Of a DNA stretch of 64,000 bases, positions 39,408 to 49,550 are shown in pieces. A program made the translations under genes and the position numbers. Below the pieces are notes generated by a model. The model worked only from the letters and a program-made list of their open reading frames with translations. It was not told where the DNA came from and searched no databases. Position 1 is the first letter of the stretch; each line of letters opens with the position of its first letter. Origin of the DNA: Algoriphagus sp. (lineage in GTDB: Bacteria; Bacteroidota; Bacteroidia; Cytophagales; Cyclobacteriaceae); the NCBI RefSeq assembly GCF_039969895.1, contig NZ_JBDVMZ010000008.1, positions 66,262 through 130,261 of the forward strand, given 5' to 3'.

Positions 39408-40871
39408 TCAGTTCTGTGTCAATTGTTGTAAAAATTCAGTTACTACTTCAGCATCGTCAAAGTGGTGTTTCACTCCCTTGATTTCCTGATAATCCTCATG
39501 GCCTTTGCCGGCAATGAGGATGATATCTCCTTTTTGGGAAAGCATACAAGCTGTCTTAATTGCCTCTCTGCGATCCACGATGGATAATGTTTTTCTGATT
39601 TCAGACGGACCTACGCCTGCCTGCATATCTTTTAGTATTTCTTCCGGAACTTCGAAACGTGGATTGTCGGAGGTCAGAATAGCTTTGTCACTTTCCTGAA
39701 CAGCAATTTTAGCCATGATAGGACGCTTGGTTTTGTCACGATTTCCGCCGCAACCCACAACAGTAATTAGTTGCTCGCCACCTGTTCTTGCTCCGTTGAT
39801 TGTCTTGAGGACATTTTCTAGCGCATCCGGAGTATGTGCATAATCCACGATTGCGGTAATTCCCGCAATGGAAATTCTATCAAATCGCCCCTTGGCTCCA
39901 CGAATTCCCGACAGCTCACGAAGAACTTCATCCTCTTCCTCATCTAATAATACCGTGACTCCCAGTACTGCCAGAAGATTGTAGGCATTGAATGCCCCGA
40001 TCATTCTAAACCAGATCAACTTACCGTTGATATCCAACTCCAATCCTTCGAGGGTATTTGAGATGATTTTGGCTTTGAATTCAGCTGGGGATTTTAGCGC
40101 AAAATATTGGTGGGAAGCTTTGCAATTCTGAAGCATCACTGCACCTCTCTTATCGTCACCATTTACCAGTGCAAATGCGTCTTTTGGAAGCTCATCAAAC
40201 AGCTTTTTCTTCGCCTTGATGTACTCGTCGAATGTGCCATGATAATCCAAATGATCATGACTAATATTTGTAAAAACTGCTCCAGCTAGCTTCAAACCTG
40301 CAATTCTTTCCTGCACGATCGCATGCGAACTCGCTTCCATGAAGCAGTGCGTACATCCTTCCTCCACCATTTTGCGAAGTAATGCCTGTACACTCACTGC
40401 GTCTGGCGTAGTATGAGTAGCATGAATTACCGTCTCGTTAATCTTATTTTCTACCGTGGAAAGCAAACCCGTGCTATAGCCCATTCGCATAAATAGCTGA
40501 TGCAGAAGCGTAGCAGTAGTCGTTTTACCATTTGTACCGGTAATCGCCACTACTTTGATATTTTCCGAAGGATTGTCAAAATAGTTGCTCGCCATAATTC
40601 CTAATGCACGAGCAGAATTCACCACTTCCACGTAGGTAATCCCTTCTGCTAGTTTCTCTGGCAATTGCTCGCAAACGATGCTCTGAGCGCCAAGTGCTAT
40701 AGCTTTCTCTATGAATTCATGACCGTCAACCTGCGTTCCTTTGATCGCTACGAAAGCACTTCCTTCAGTCACTTGACGACTGTCGAAGACAATATCCTTC
40801 ACACCCAATTCCATGTCTCCGGTAGTCGAGGTAAGTGATACTTTATATAATATGTCTTTCAGTATTTTCAT
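39408..40871 (-). CDS. murE: UDP-MurNAc-dipeptide--meso-DAP ligase
   Basis: [26 protein letters not shown] (DAP specificity) and GKGHE motifs. Confidence 0.97.
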   Translation of the reverse strand: MKILKDILYKVSLTSTTGDMELGVKDIVFDSRQVTEGSAFVAIKGTQVDGHEFIEKAIALGAQSIVCEQLPEKLAEGITYVEVVNSARALGIMASNYFDNPSENIKVVAITGTNGKTTTATLLHQLFMRMGYSTGLLSTVENKINETVIHATHTTPDAVSVQALLRKMVEEGCTHCFMEASSHAIVQERIAGLKLAGAVFTNISHDHLDYHGTFDEYIKAKKKLFDELPKDAFALVNGDDKRGAVMLQNCKASHQYFALKSPAEFKAKIISNTLEGLELDINGKLIWFRMIGAFNAYNLLAVLGVTVLLDEEEDEVLRELSGIRGAKGRFDRISIAGITAIVDYAHTPDALENVLKTINGARTGGEQLITVVGCGGNRDKTKRPIMAKIAVQESDKAILTSDNPRFEVPEEILKDMQAGVGPSEIRKTLSIVDRREAIKTACMLSQKGDIILIAGKGHEDYQEIKGVKHHFDDAEVVTEFLQQLTQN

Positions 40872-42980
40872 TTATCCTAAAACCAGGTTGATGGTTGCAT
40901 TTGGTGTTAATTCTGATCCAGCGGAAATCGACTGCGCTTTCACTCGACCTTTTCCAGTGTAGTTGACCTTCATCCCTTTATTTTCCAGGATAAAAAGCGC
41001 ATCCCGAAGCGGAAGTCCTGAGACATCCGGGACAAGGGATTTGTCGGTGTCATTGACGCTCATCTGCACGCTTGCATCCTGAGCTACGGTCTTCACCCAT
41101 TCCTCAGGATTGGCTGGAGATGCTTTCAATCCGAATTCTTCAAATATTTCTTGAAGCTCTTCTGCCTTGCCTGCTCTTACATAGGGATATTGGGAGCCTT
41201 CTAGCTCAGCTCTCACTATCTGCTGTTGATTACCAGGATTTAGCTCTATGTCAAGCGCATAGATTTTGTCCGCGATCTCTTTGAAAACCGGCGCTGAGAC
41301 ATCACCTCCGTAGGCGGCGAATCCCTTTGGACTATCGATCACGACAACCATTGAATATTTAGGATTGTCCGCAGGGAAATAGCCTGCGAAACTGGTGTAG
41401 TAAATTCTAGAATACTGCCCGTTGATCAGTTTCTGCGCGGTACCTGTTTTACCTGCAATTTTGTAATCCGCATTGGCGATGTTTTTGGCGGTACCATTTT
41501 CCACTACCCCTTCTAAAAGTCCTTGAAGGAGTTTTATGGTTTTTTCGGAGGCGATCTGCTTTCTGATCACTTCGGGCTGATATTGCTCCTCGATGATGGT
41601 TCCTTTGGAAATGGACTGCACGATATAAGGCTTCATCATTTTGCCACCGTTCGCTACGGCATTATACAATGCAAGCGTATGCAGTGGATTCAGCTTTACT
41701 TCATAGCCGATTGAAATCCACGGAAGAGAAACGCCTGACCAGCCTTTTTCTCCTGGCTTGTTAAAATATGGTCTGCCCTCGCCTATTAGCTGAAAGCCAA
41801 AAGGCTCACGAAGTCCTACTTTATCTACATAAGCCATGAATTTGGATGGGCTAGCGCCAAAATGTTCATCTACCAATTTAGAGACCGCCACATTGGAAGA
41901 TTTTTCGAAAGACTCACGAATAGTCAAGGTGCCGTATCCGCCGTTTTTGGCATCGCGCATCGTACGATTATAGAATTTGTGAGCGCCATTCCCGGTTTCT
42001 ATGGTTTCTTCCAGCGTGATTTTATTTTCTTCCAAAAGCGCCAGCATGGAAAGTAACTTGAAGGTCGAGCCCGGCTCTGTATTTCCCTGATCTCCTATGG
42101 CGTAATTGTAATTCTCGCCGTAGCCATTTCCGCTACTATTTCTCTGCAAATTGGTAATCGCCTTGATCGCGCCTGTTTTCACTTCCATCACAATCACAGA
42201 ACCGAATTCTGCATCACGATCGGTCAACTGACGTCGCAAAGCAGTTTCTGCCACATCCTGAATATTCACGTCCAGCGTAGTGGTGACATCGAAGCCATTC
42301 TCTGGCTTCACATCTTCCGCATCAAAAACAGGCTTCCAACTTCCTCCAGCTAAGCGCTGAAAAAGTGCCTTACCATCTTGACCTTGGAGGTAGTTATTGA
42401 AACTATATTCGATTCCAGCACCATAGTCGTCTTCATTCAAAAAGCCAACGGTACGGCTGGCAAGGGAATTAAACGGTCTGTATCTTTTCTCAACCTTCTC
42501 GAAGATCACTCCCCCTCCCAGTCTTCCGTTTCTGAAAATCGGCCAGTTGGACATCTCCTGCATCCCTTGGTAGCCGATTTGCTGCCTGTTCAAAACCAAG
42601 TATCGTTTGTTATCAAGCCTCGCATCGTTGATCATTCTCTTATAGGAGGCCGCAGACTTATCCTTGAAGTAAGCAGAAAGTTTGTTTGCCAACGAATCGA
42701 TCCCCGCTTTGTAGGTATCGGACTTGGCGATGGTTGGATCAAGTGCTACTCTATAGAAGGGTAAACTAGTCGCTAGCAAACTCCCATCTGCTGCGTAGAT
42801 ATTACCTCGAGTAGCTGGTACTTCACGGTACTGGAAGTTGATAGTTTCGGCTTTTTCACGCCATATGTCTCCATCCGCCATTTGCAACTTGGCGACTTTG
42901 TACGGGATAGCAGCTGAGCACAGCGCTATGAGGATGAAAACCACCCGTACTCGGATCAATATGGATCGCTTGAAATTCAC
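40872..42980 (-). CDS. ftsI: Peptidoglycan transpeptidase PBP3 with PASTA domain
   Basis: EPGSTFK (SxxK), SSN (SxN), KTGT motifs; VPDVSG PASTA; GTG start. Confidence 0.93.
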   Translation of the reverse strand: MNFKRSILIRVRVVFILIALCSAAIPYKVAKLQMADGDIWREKAETINFQYREVPATRGNIYAADGSLLATSLPFYRVALDPTIAKSDTYKAGIDSLANKLSAYFKDKSAASYKRMINDARLDNKRYLVLNRQQIGYQGMQEMSNWPIFRNGRLGGGVIFEKVEKRYRPFNSLASRTVGFLNEDDYGAGIEYSFNNYLQGQDGKALFQRLAGGSWKPVFDAEDVKPENGFDVTTTLDVNIQDVAETALRRQLTDRDAEFGSVIVMEVKTGAIKAITNLQRNSSGNGYGENYNYAIGDQGNTEPGSTFKLLSMLALLEENKITLEETIETGNGAHKFYNRTMRDAKNGGYGTLTIRESFEKSSNVAVSKLVDEHFGASPSKFMAYVDKVGLREPFGFQLIGEGRPYFNKPGEKGWSGVSLPWISIGYEVKLNPLHTLALYNAVANGGKMMKPYIVQSISKGTIIEEQYQPEVIRKQIASEKTIKLLQGLLEGVVENGTAKNIANADYKIAGKTGTAQKLINGQYSRIYYTSFAGYFPADNPKYSMVVVIDSPKGFAAYGGDVSAPVFKEIADKIYALDIELNPGNQQQIVRAELEGSQYPYVRAGKAEELQEIFEEFGLKASPANPEEWVKTVAQDASVQMSVNDTDKSLVPDVSGLPLRDALFILENKGMKVNYTGKGRVKAQSISAGSELTPNATINLVLG

Positions 42981-43357
42981 TTTTCTACCTCGATTTTTAT
43001 AGGTGGCTGATTGAGTTCATAAATTCCTTGCGCAGCTACTCGCTTCGCAACTTCTGACTGCATACTACTCAGCATGTATTCTGCTTCCAACGTCGTGACA
43101 TCAGCTCGTAGATCTTCCACTTCTTGCTGAGCTTTTTCTATCTGGCGCACCATATTTTCTGCGCGGTGGTTGCTCCAGATGTAGATTAGTGCCAATAAAG
43201 CCACAAATCCAACCGGTGGAACCAATTGGACAGGCACTCCCTCACCCAAAATCCCAGTGACATCCAGCTTCTCTTCGATCCAGCTGAAAATGGATTTGCG
43301 AGGACCACCTTTCGGTTTATTGCCTGACTTTAGCTTCTTTTTAAATGTATTGCTCAT
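42977..43357 (-). CDS. ftsL: FtsL-like cell division protein
   Basis: Basic N-terminus, one TM, coiled coil; between rsmH and ftsI. Confidence 0.85.
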   Translation of the reverse strand: MSNTFKKKLKSGNKPKGGPRKSIFSWIEEKLDVTGILGEGVPVQLVPPVGFVALLALIYIWSNHRAENMVRQIEKAQQEVEDLRADVTTLEAEYMLSSMQSEVAKRVAAQGIYELNQPPIKIEVEK

Positions 43358-44265
43358 CCCCCTGTCTTCTTCGCTATTCTTAATTTTGCACTTCTTGCTC
43401 TTGGATTAGATGCGATTTCTTCTGCATCTGCGATCACAGCTCCTCTGCTGATCGGCTCTAATGGACGAATAAGATTCCCGTAAAAATCCTTCTCCACCTC
43501 GCCTTGAAATCTCCCTTTGATCATCAGGTTTTTCACTAGTCGATCCTCCAGGCTATGGTAGCTCATCACTACCAAGCGACCTTCCGGCTTCAGCACTTCT
43601 ACCGCTTGTAGCAGCATATCTTCCAAAGCACCCATCTCATCGTTAACCTCAATTCTCAACGCCTGAAAGACCTGAGCGTAGTACTTGAAATCTTTGCCTT
43701 TCGGCGCATATCTTTTCAAAAAAGCAGTAAATCCTTCGGTAGTCTCAAATGGTTGAGCAGCTCGTTCGGAGACGATAGCTTGAGCCAAAGTCTTCGCATT
43801 TTTCACCTCACCATACATCCCCAGGATCTTATGAAGCTGAGCTTCATTGTATGTATTGAGCACTTCTTTGGCAGAAATATCTGCCGACTGATTCATTCGC
43901 ATATCCAGACTTCCGCTGAACCGTGTCGAAAAACCCCTGCTCGGCTCATCGATCTGATGGGAAGAGATCCCCAAATCAGCCAAGACTCCATCTACTTTCT
44001 TCACGCCGTGTAGTCTCAGGTATTTTTTCAAATCCCGAAAATTGGCAGCAACGAAAGTGAAATTGTCACTAGCCGGAATATTTGCCTCAGCATCCACATC
44101 CTGATCGAAGCCGTATAGATGGCCCTTGTCCAGCTGCTTCAGAATCTCCCGAGAATGTCCACCTCCACCGAAAGTCACGTCCACATAGATCCCATTGGGA
44201 TCAATAGACAAGCCTTCAGTGCATTGGGCTAGCATCACTGGGATATGGTAAACTGACTCTGTCAT
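43354..44265 (-). CDS. rsmH: 16S rRNA m4C1402 methyltransferase
   Basis: YHIPVM, DVTFGGGGH, DLGISSHQ, SYHSLEDR and NPRARSAKLR motifs. Confidence 0.97.
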   Translation of the reverse strand: MTESVYHIPVMLAQCTEGLSIDPNGIYVDVTFGGGGHSREILKQLDKGHLYGFDQDVDAEANIPASDNFTFVAANFRDLKKYLRLHGVKKVDGVLADLGISSHQIDEPSRGFSTRFSGSLDMRMNQSADISAKEVLNTYNEAQLHKILGMYGEVKNAKTLAQAIVSERAAQPFETTEGFTAFLKRYAPKGKDFKYYAQVFQALRIEVNDEMGALEDMLLQAVEVLKPEGRLVVMSYHSLEDRLVKNLMIKGRFQGEVEKDFYGNLIRPLEPISRGAVIADAEEIASNPRARSAKLRIAKKTGG

Positions 44266-44269
44266 GAGG

Positions 44270-44704
44270 TTATATGAGATGCTTTTCCATCAGACCAGAA
44301 AGGTCTGCCGGATCGACTATGATATTCTTACTATAGTTTTCCTGATTCCAGAATTCTATTCTTCCTCCGTTTCCCACGACGATCACGTCTTTCTCCAGAC
44401 CCGCATAAGCCTGATAGACTTTCGGGATCAAAAGACGACCTGAGCTATCCAACTCTACATCTACTACAGAATTGAAAAAGGAGCGCTGCAGTAAGCGTTG
44501 CTCAGGATTATGGATGGAAAGGGCCTTGATTTTATTCTCAAGTTTCTTGTATTCCACCATCGGATAAAGAGCCAAACATCTATCTTCAGCCATTCGAAGC
44601 ATAAGCGTACCTCCATTAGCCTCCGGAATTGCCGCCTTAATTTTGGCCGGCAATACCAGACGCCCTTTGGGATCTAGCTTGCAATCGTATTGACTGTTGA
44701 ACAT
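44270..44704 (-). CDS. mraZ: Transcriptional regulator MraZ
   Basis: DPKGRLVLP and DSSGRLLIP duplicated AbrB-like motifs; IEFW. Confidence 0.95.
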   Translation of the reverse strand: MFNSQYDCKLDPKGRLVLPAKIKAAIPEANGGTLMLRMAEDRCLALYPMVEYKKLENKIKALSIHNPEQRLLQRSFFNSVVDVELDSSGRLLIPKVYQAYAGLEKDVIVVGNGGRIEFWNQENYSKNIIVDPADLSGLMEKHLI

Positions 44705-44762
44705 AATTTTCTGAACTCTTTAGAATGTTGAGTATGTAGTAAAGACAAAAGTAACAAAATGC

Positions 44763-44802
44763 TCTCCACTTTCTACCACTTTACTCCACAAATTCCCACT
44801 TT
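44763..44802 (-). promoter_or_regulatory. MraZ binding site: four direct repeats, 10-bp period
   Basis: Minus strand AAAGTGGGAA TTTGTGGAGT AAAGTGGTAG AAAGTGGAGA upstream of mraZ, matching the known (G)TGG dcw-box architecture. Confidence 0.8.
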
Positions 44803-45087
44803 GACTTAAAAGTAGGGAAATCTTTATTCCATCCCAATAATTCATCGAAAAAATCAAGGTTTTTTTTAAGGGTATTCTGTTGATTAGAAAGATGTTAGGG
44901 ATTCCCCAAAATGGGGCAAAACCAGTCGTATGGGCGGGTTTTTGAAGATCTTAAAAAATAGAACCGAGGTATAGTGCTGATCTTTAAATGAAAAGTGGGG
45001 GAAATTCCCACAGGTTAGATTCATTCGATCTATAAAGTGTGAGAAATTTCCCCATAACATTATTTCAAGCTGGATAAATTACTCCAT

Positions 45088-45118
45088 AAAAAAAGCGTTC
45101 TCGAGTTGAGAACGCTTT
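45088..45118 (-). terminator. Intrinsic terminator after the csbD-like gene
   Basis: AAAGCGTTCTC-N5-GAGAACGCTTT with a minus-strand U tract. Confidence 0.8.
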
Positions 45119-45139
45119 CAAAATTAGAATTTCTATTGC

Positions 45140-45331
45140 TTACAGGTTATCAATAAAAGACTTTACATCTTCTTTTGTTTTACCTGTTTTCTTCTGGATT
45201 TTACCCAGAAGCTCATCTTCTTTGCCCTCTACATACATCAAATCATCGTCGGTCAAATCTCCGTATTGTTGCTTCAATTTGCCTTTGATTTCGTTCCAAT
45301 TTCCTTTGATCTTATCTCCAAATGCGCTCAT
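45140..45331 (-). CDS. CsbD/YjbJ-family stress protein
   Basis: [24 protein letters not shown]...GKIQKKTG motif. Confidence 0.92.
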   Translation of the reverse strand: MSAFGDKIKGNWNEIKGKLKQQYGDLTDDDLMYVEGKEDELLGKIQKKTGKTKEDVKSFIDNL

Positions 45332-45554
45332 AATTTTTGAAATTTACTAGTGAATTTTTTTTAATTATAAGCTACTATCCATACCTTATGCCAGCCCTGA
45401 CAGGACATAAAAACTCGCTTTACAAGATCGGAAAGGCTAGTTTTTGGAAAAAGAAATACGCTTGATAGAGAAGAAACACGGCATTTTGGGGAATATAATT
45501 CAGGTTCTGAAAATTATAGTCTGTGAATCTGGCTTCTTTAATAGAATGGTTATT

Positions 45555-46781
45555 TCACACCGTTTTTACCAAGCGAGTGGAAAGCACTTTATAAGCAAAG
45601 TATAAACTTAAGATCATCAATACCGAAGCTAAATAAAACGAGGCTCCTGGTAAGTAAATCGGCGCTTCACTAGAGGTGAAATAGGAGAACAAACTGTTCA
45701 TCATCACTGGCCCCACGATGGCAGTTAAGCTTACCAGGCTCGTTAAAGCACCCTGAAGCTCTCCTTGCTCACTATCAGTAACTTGACTTGAAATAATCCC
45801 CTGAAGAGCGGGACCAGAGATTCCTCCCAAGCAATAAGGAATCAGAAAAATAAAAAGCATCCATCCTGCTGACGCTATCCCGAAACAAAATAAACCTACC
45901 GCTTGTAATGCTATACCCACATAGACTGAATTTGCCTGTCCAAACTTGGGAATCACCACACGAATTAATCCTCCTTGAACTATTGCGACCAGCAAGCCAA
46001 CTACTCCTAAGGAGTAACCAACCATAGCTTCATCCCACCCAAATTTAAACATGGTGAAATACGACCAATTACTCTGTACTGCGTGACCAGCGAGGTAGAT
46101 CAACACCATGGAAACGACCAATCCTGAGACGACAGGATATTTTTTCAAGTGGAGCAATGAACCGATGGGATTCGCTCTTTTCCATTCAAAAGCTCTTCTT
46201 TTTTCCCTATCCAAAGACTCGGGAAGGACAAAAAAGCCATACAACACATTAAGAAGCGAAAGTGCTGCTGCCACCAAAAAAGGAGCTCTAGGCCCAAACT
46301 CCGCACCAGCCAATCCACCGATCACTGGACCTATAATAAACCCCAAACCAAAAGCTGCCCCGATCAATCCGAAGTTTTGAGACCGCTTCTCTGGCGTACT
46401 GATATCGGCAATGTATGCGGTGGCGGTAGTAAAACTTGCACCAAACATTCCTGCAACCAATCTTCCTACAAACAGCCAAAATAAAGTCGGCGCAAACGCA
46501 TGAAAAATATAATCAATACCTAATCCAAACAAGGAAAACAGCAAGACAGGCCTCCTACCAAAGCGATCTGATAGCCCGCCCATGATTGGTGAAAAAAGAA
46601 ACTGCATCGCTGCAAAGGAAAATATCAACCAACCGCCATAGCGTGACGCTGCACTGAGTCCTTCACCTGTGAGTTGCTCTATGAGGCTGGGCACTACTGG
46701 AATAATTACTCCCAACCCGATCACATCCACCAAAATCGTGATGAATATAAAAAGCAAGGCACGACTGGATTTGGCTTTCAT
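45555..46781 (-). CDS. MFS efflux transporter, TCR/Tet (DHA1) family
   Basis: [13 protein letters not shown] motif A; AYIADIS; [10 protein letters not shown] motif C. Confidence 0.92.
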   Translation of the reverse strand: MKAKSSRALLFIFITILVDVIGLGVIIPVVPSLIEQLTGEGLSAASRYGGWLIFSFAAMQFLFSPIMGGLSDRFGRRPVLLFSLFGLGIDYIFHAFAPTLFWLFVGRLVAGMFGASFTTATAYIADISTPEKRSQNFGLIGAAFGLGFIIGPVIGGLAGAEFGPRAPFLVAAALSLLNVLYGFFVLPESLDREKRRAFEWKRANPIGSLLHLKKYPVVSGLVVSMVLIYLAGHAVQSNWSYFTMFKFGWDEAMVGYSLGVVGLLVAIVQGGLIRVVIPKFGQANSVYVGIALQAVGLFCFGIASAGWMLFIFLIPYCLGGISGPALQGIISSQVTDSEQGELQGALTSLVSLTAIVGPVMMNSLFSYFTSSEAPIYLPGASFYLASVLMILSLYFAYKVLSTRLVKTV

Positions 46782-46841
46782 ATTGGATTTTTAAAGCCCG
46801 CTATATTAGGGACTTTTAGAAAGATCTTCCCAATTAGGCAC

Positions 46842-46870
46842 AAAAAAAACTCGCCAGAATCAGGCGAGTT
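46842..46870 (-). terminator. Intrinsic terminator after the M56 gene
   Basis: AACTCGCC-N7-GGCGAGTT with an adjacent A tract (U tract on minus). Confidence 0.75.
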
Positions 46871-46926
46871 CTACTATAAATTTCTAATCGAGCTATCTAT
46901 TCAGTTAGCTTCGAAAAAGGGCGAGG

Positions 46927-48915
46927 CTATTTGTTATCGTCCTTAGCCTTCAATGCTTCCTGAAATCTCTTCTGGAATTCCTCGATTTTATGAGCATTTT
47001 CCTTTTGCCAGATTTCCATCTTGCGCTGGTATTCTTCCATCTTAGGCTGCATTTGATCTTCCCATTCCTTGATCTTCATCTCGTATTCCTTCATTTTTGG
47101 TTCATTCGCTTTTTGCCAAGCTTCCATCCTAGCCTCGAACTCCTTCATTTTAGGCCCATTTGTTTTTTCCCACTCAGCCATTCGTTTTTCAAACTCCTTC
47201 AATTTAGGTTCATAGGCTTGCTCCCATTCTTTCATTTTCTTCTCAAACTCTTCCATCTTTGGTTCGTAAGCCTTTTGCCATTTCTCCAATTCTTTCTCGT
47301 ATGCCTCCAAATTCGGCTTCATTTTGGCCTCCCAACTATCCATTTTTTTGGAATAGTCTTCAGTTCGCAGCTCCAATTCTTTTAGCCATTTCTCTTTTTC
47401 AGCCTTGCTTTTATTGATGGTGTCTTTCGGGGAAAACGAATCTGTCCACACATCATAAGCAGGCGGGTTAATCATAAAATCCATGGCTGGCATAGTTCCC
47501 ATGTCGAAGTCCATCGCTGGCATAGTTCCCATGTCAAAGTCCATTACTGGAGCAAGTGCAAAATCCATTACTGGAAAAGGATCTGGTATGAAGTCCGCTA
47601 TCGGCATCATCTCATCAGCAGGAAATACAGGCATTGGCGGAAGATCCATCGTTGGAATATCCGCTAGCATCAGCGTATCTCCATTAGTGATGTATGTGTA
47701 GGTCGTCCTATTAGCAGATTTCACGATGATGGTGTCACCTTTGGTGATGATAGTATCTCCCTTTATATACATTCGAGAGGTAAGGGCAGCTTGCGAATCA
47801 CTTCCTACTGGAATATCAACTAGCTGAATCACATCACTGGTTTCATTCAGCGTTTTCGCTTTTTCTTCAGTGACAGGTACGTCTTGTTGCGCAGTGGCCA
47901 TCAGGCCGGCACTTAATAAGAGAGTTAGTAACATAGGTATAGAAATAATAGGGTTTTGTGGATAAGTTTGGGCGGGGTGGCCCAGAATTCTTTTGATACG
48001 TTGTAGGGTAGGATTTCTTTTTTTGGTGGCTGCGAGTGCAACTTCCGGGGGATTTTGCTTCGCAAAATTCAAGACTTCTGCCAGACTGTAAGCCAGTTCC
48101 ATAGGCGCAATCCCAACCTTCACCGCCAGGTCATCGGCAGCATTTTCTCTCAATTCTTTCACCGTTTGATTCATCCACCAGTAGCAAGGATGATAGAAGA
48201 AAAGCACCTCTAGCGCTGATTGAAGCAGGTTTGCGAGATAATCGTTACGCTTTACGTGTGCCAGTTCATGGGCAATGATTGCCTCTAGCTGAACTGGAGT
48301 AAGGTGAAGAATAAGTCCTGCGGGAATGAGGATAATAGGTTTGAGAAAGCCGAACGTGATAGGAGAAACCCCAAAAGAAGTAAGTCGAATCTCCACCTTA
48401 TTGGAGACATTCATTTTCCCCATCAGCCGATAGAGCATTTTTTCCAACTCAAAATCCTGAGGGTCTGAAGAGGATTTCCTGAGTGTTCTGACTTCTGAAA
48501 GGCTATTGACCAAGCGAAAAAGGAATAGCATCGCCCCAAAAAACCAGACATTCACCAAGAGAGGAAGTTGCAGCTCAATCCATTGGATTGACATAGCAAT
48601 GAAATTCTCTAGGCTAAAGGATGGAGTTGATAGGGTAAATTCCTGCGCCGGAGCTACGTATGCAAGTCGCTCTATTAATGGTGTAGGAGTAAAATTGGAA
48701 ACCTCATAAATAAAAGTGCCCAGTGTCGCCAGCAGGGATATTCCCAAAGTAGCCAAGCTCAGGTTGTACTTGAAAGCAGTGCTGTTTTTCCTAAATATTT
48801 TTAAAAATACCCAAAGGCCCGCACTTAGTATAACCAATTGCCAAAGCGAGTGTACAAGTGTCCAGCCCATCGCATACAGTAAGCTTTCCGAAATCCAGTC
48901 GTTCAGAATATTCAT
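46927..48915 (-). CDS. BlaR1/MecR1-like M56 membrane metallopeptidase with repetitive C-terminus
   Basis: LGWTLVHSLWQ-like N-terminus, SPITFGFLKPIILIP, IAHELAHVKRND, RENAADDLA; no penicillin-binding domain recognisable. Confidence 0.92.
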   Translation of the reverse strand: MNILNDWISESLLYAMGWTLVHSLWQLVILSAGLWVFLKIFRKNSTAFKYNLSLATLGISLLATLGTFIYEVSNFTPTPLIERLAYVAPAQEFTLSTPSFSLENFIAMSIQWIELQLPLLVNVWFFGAMLFLFRLVNSLSEVRTLRKSSSDPQDFELEKMLYRLMGKMNVSNKVEIRLTSFGVSPITFGFLKPIILIPAGLILHLTPVQLEAIIAHELAHVKRNDYLANLLQSALEVLFFYHPCYWWMNQTVKELRENAADDLAVKVGIAPMELAYSLAEVLNFAKQNPPEVALAATKKRNPTLQRIKRILGHPAQTYPQNPIISIPMLLTLLLSAGLMATAQQDVPVTEEKAKTLNETSDVIQLVDIPVGSDSQAALTSRMYIKGDTIITKGDTIIVKSANRTTYTYITNGDTLMLADIPTMDLPPMPVFPADEMMPIADFIPDPFPVMDFALAPVMDFDMGTMPAMDFDMGTMPAMDFMINPPAYDVWTDSFSPKDTINKSKAEKEKWLKELELRTEDYSKKMDSWEAKMKPNLEAYEKELEKWQKAYEPKMEEFEKKMKEWEQAYEPKLKEFEKRMAEWEKTNGPKMKEFEARMEAWQKANEPKMKEYEMKIKEWEDQMQPKMEEYQRKMEIWQKENAHKIEEFQKRFQEALKAKDDNK
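46957..47388 (-). repeat. Eight in-frame 54-bp (18-aa) repeats, WxxxxxPK(M/L)xE(F/Y)ExKMxE
   Basis: TGG codons start at 47388, 47334, 47280, 47226, 47172, 47118, 47064 and 47010 (exact 54-bp spacing). Confidence 0.93.
47481..47540 (-). repeat. In-frame 30-bp tandem duplication (DFDMGTMPAM x2)
   Basis: CCATGGCTGGCATAGTTCCCATGTCGAAGT / CCATCGCTGGCATAGTTCCCATGTCAAAGT, 28/30 identical. Confidence 0.9.
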
Positions 48916-49286
48916 TAGTTCTTGTTTTCAAGTTGGTCTAAAAATGCACGAATTTCATCCAATTCCTCCTTTGATGGGTTTTCTTCACCCAATGCCTGGA
49001 GTACCAATTTCTGCGCAGAACCACCAAAAGCAGTCGTAACCAAATTTTTCAGTAGGGACTTTTGCGTCTCCTTCTGATTGGTAGATGGACTGTAGATATG
49101 CGTGCGCTGAGTTTCATCTCTAGTTACTATTTGTTTTGCATGCATATTCTGCATGGTCTTCAGCGTGGTCGTGTAGCCAGTATCCTTGGTTTCGGCCAGG
49201 CGCTCATGAACCTGACGGACACTTGCCTGCTTCATTTCCCACAATAGGGAAAGTATTTCTAATTCTGATTCGGTTGGTTTATTCAT
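48915..49286 (-). CDS. BlaI/MecI/CopY-family repressor
   Basis: PTESELEILSLLW, SVRQVHE, GYTTTLKTMQNM and HIYSP motifs; start at ATG 49286. Confidence 0.92.
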   Translation of the reverse strand: MNKPTESELEILSLLWEMKQASVRQVHERLAETKDTGYTTTLKTMQNMHAKQIVTRDETQRTHIYSPSTNQKETQKSLLKNLVTTAFGGSAQKLVLQALGEENPSKEELDEIRAFLDQLENKN

Positions 49287-49295
49287 GGAGTTATA

Positions 49296-49365
49296 TACGA
49301 TATCTTTCGTACCAAATATATACGAAGAAAATCGTAGCAACAAATAATCTACGATAAAAATCGTA
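49296..49365. promoter_or_regulatory. Three TACGA-N6-TCGTA operator palindromes around the -7 promoter element
   Basis: Palindromes at 49296-49311, 49321-49336 and 49350-49365; minus-strand TATATTTG at 49313-49320. Confidence 0.82.
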
Positions 49366-49550
49366 TTAAAAAGTGTTAACTAGCTTCATTTCAATGACTT
49401 GTCCAATAGAAAAAAGACAGATTACGCAACGAATTAATTGCTATTTATGCTAGCCCATTAATCTTACAAGACAATACCGAAGCAATGGAACAAAAGCGGA
49501 ACGGTATTAGTTGTATAGACATTGAATTTTGAAAATAAACCAACTACACT

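Noticed and set aside
29285-44704. dcw cluster lacking murF, murB, ddl and lpxC
   Set aside because: Usual Bacteroidota arrangement; not novel.
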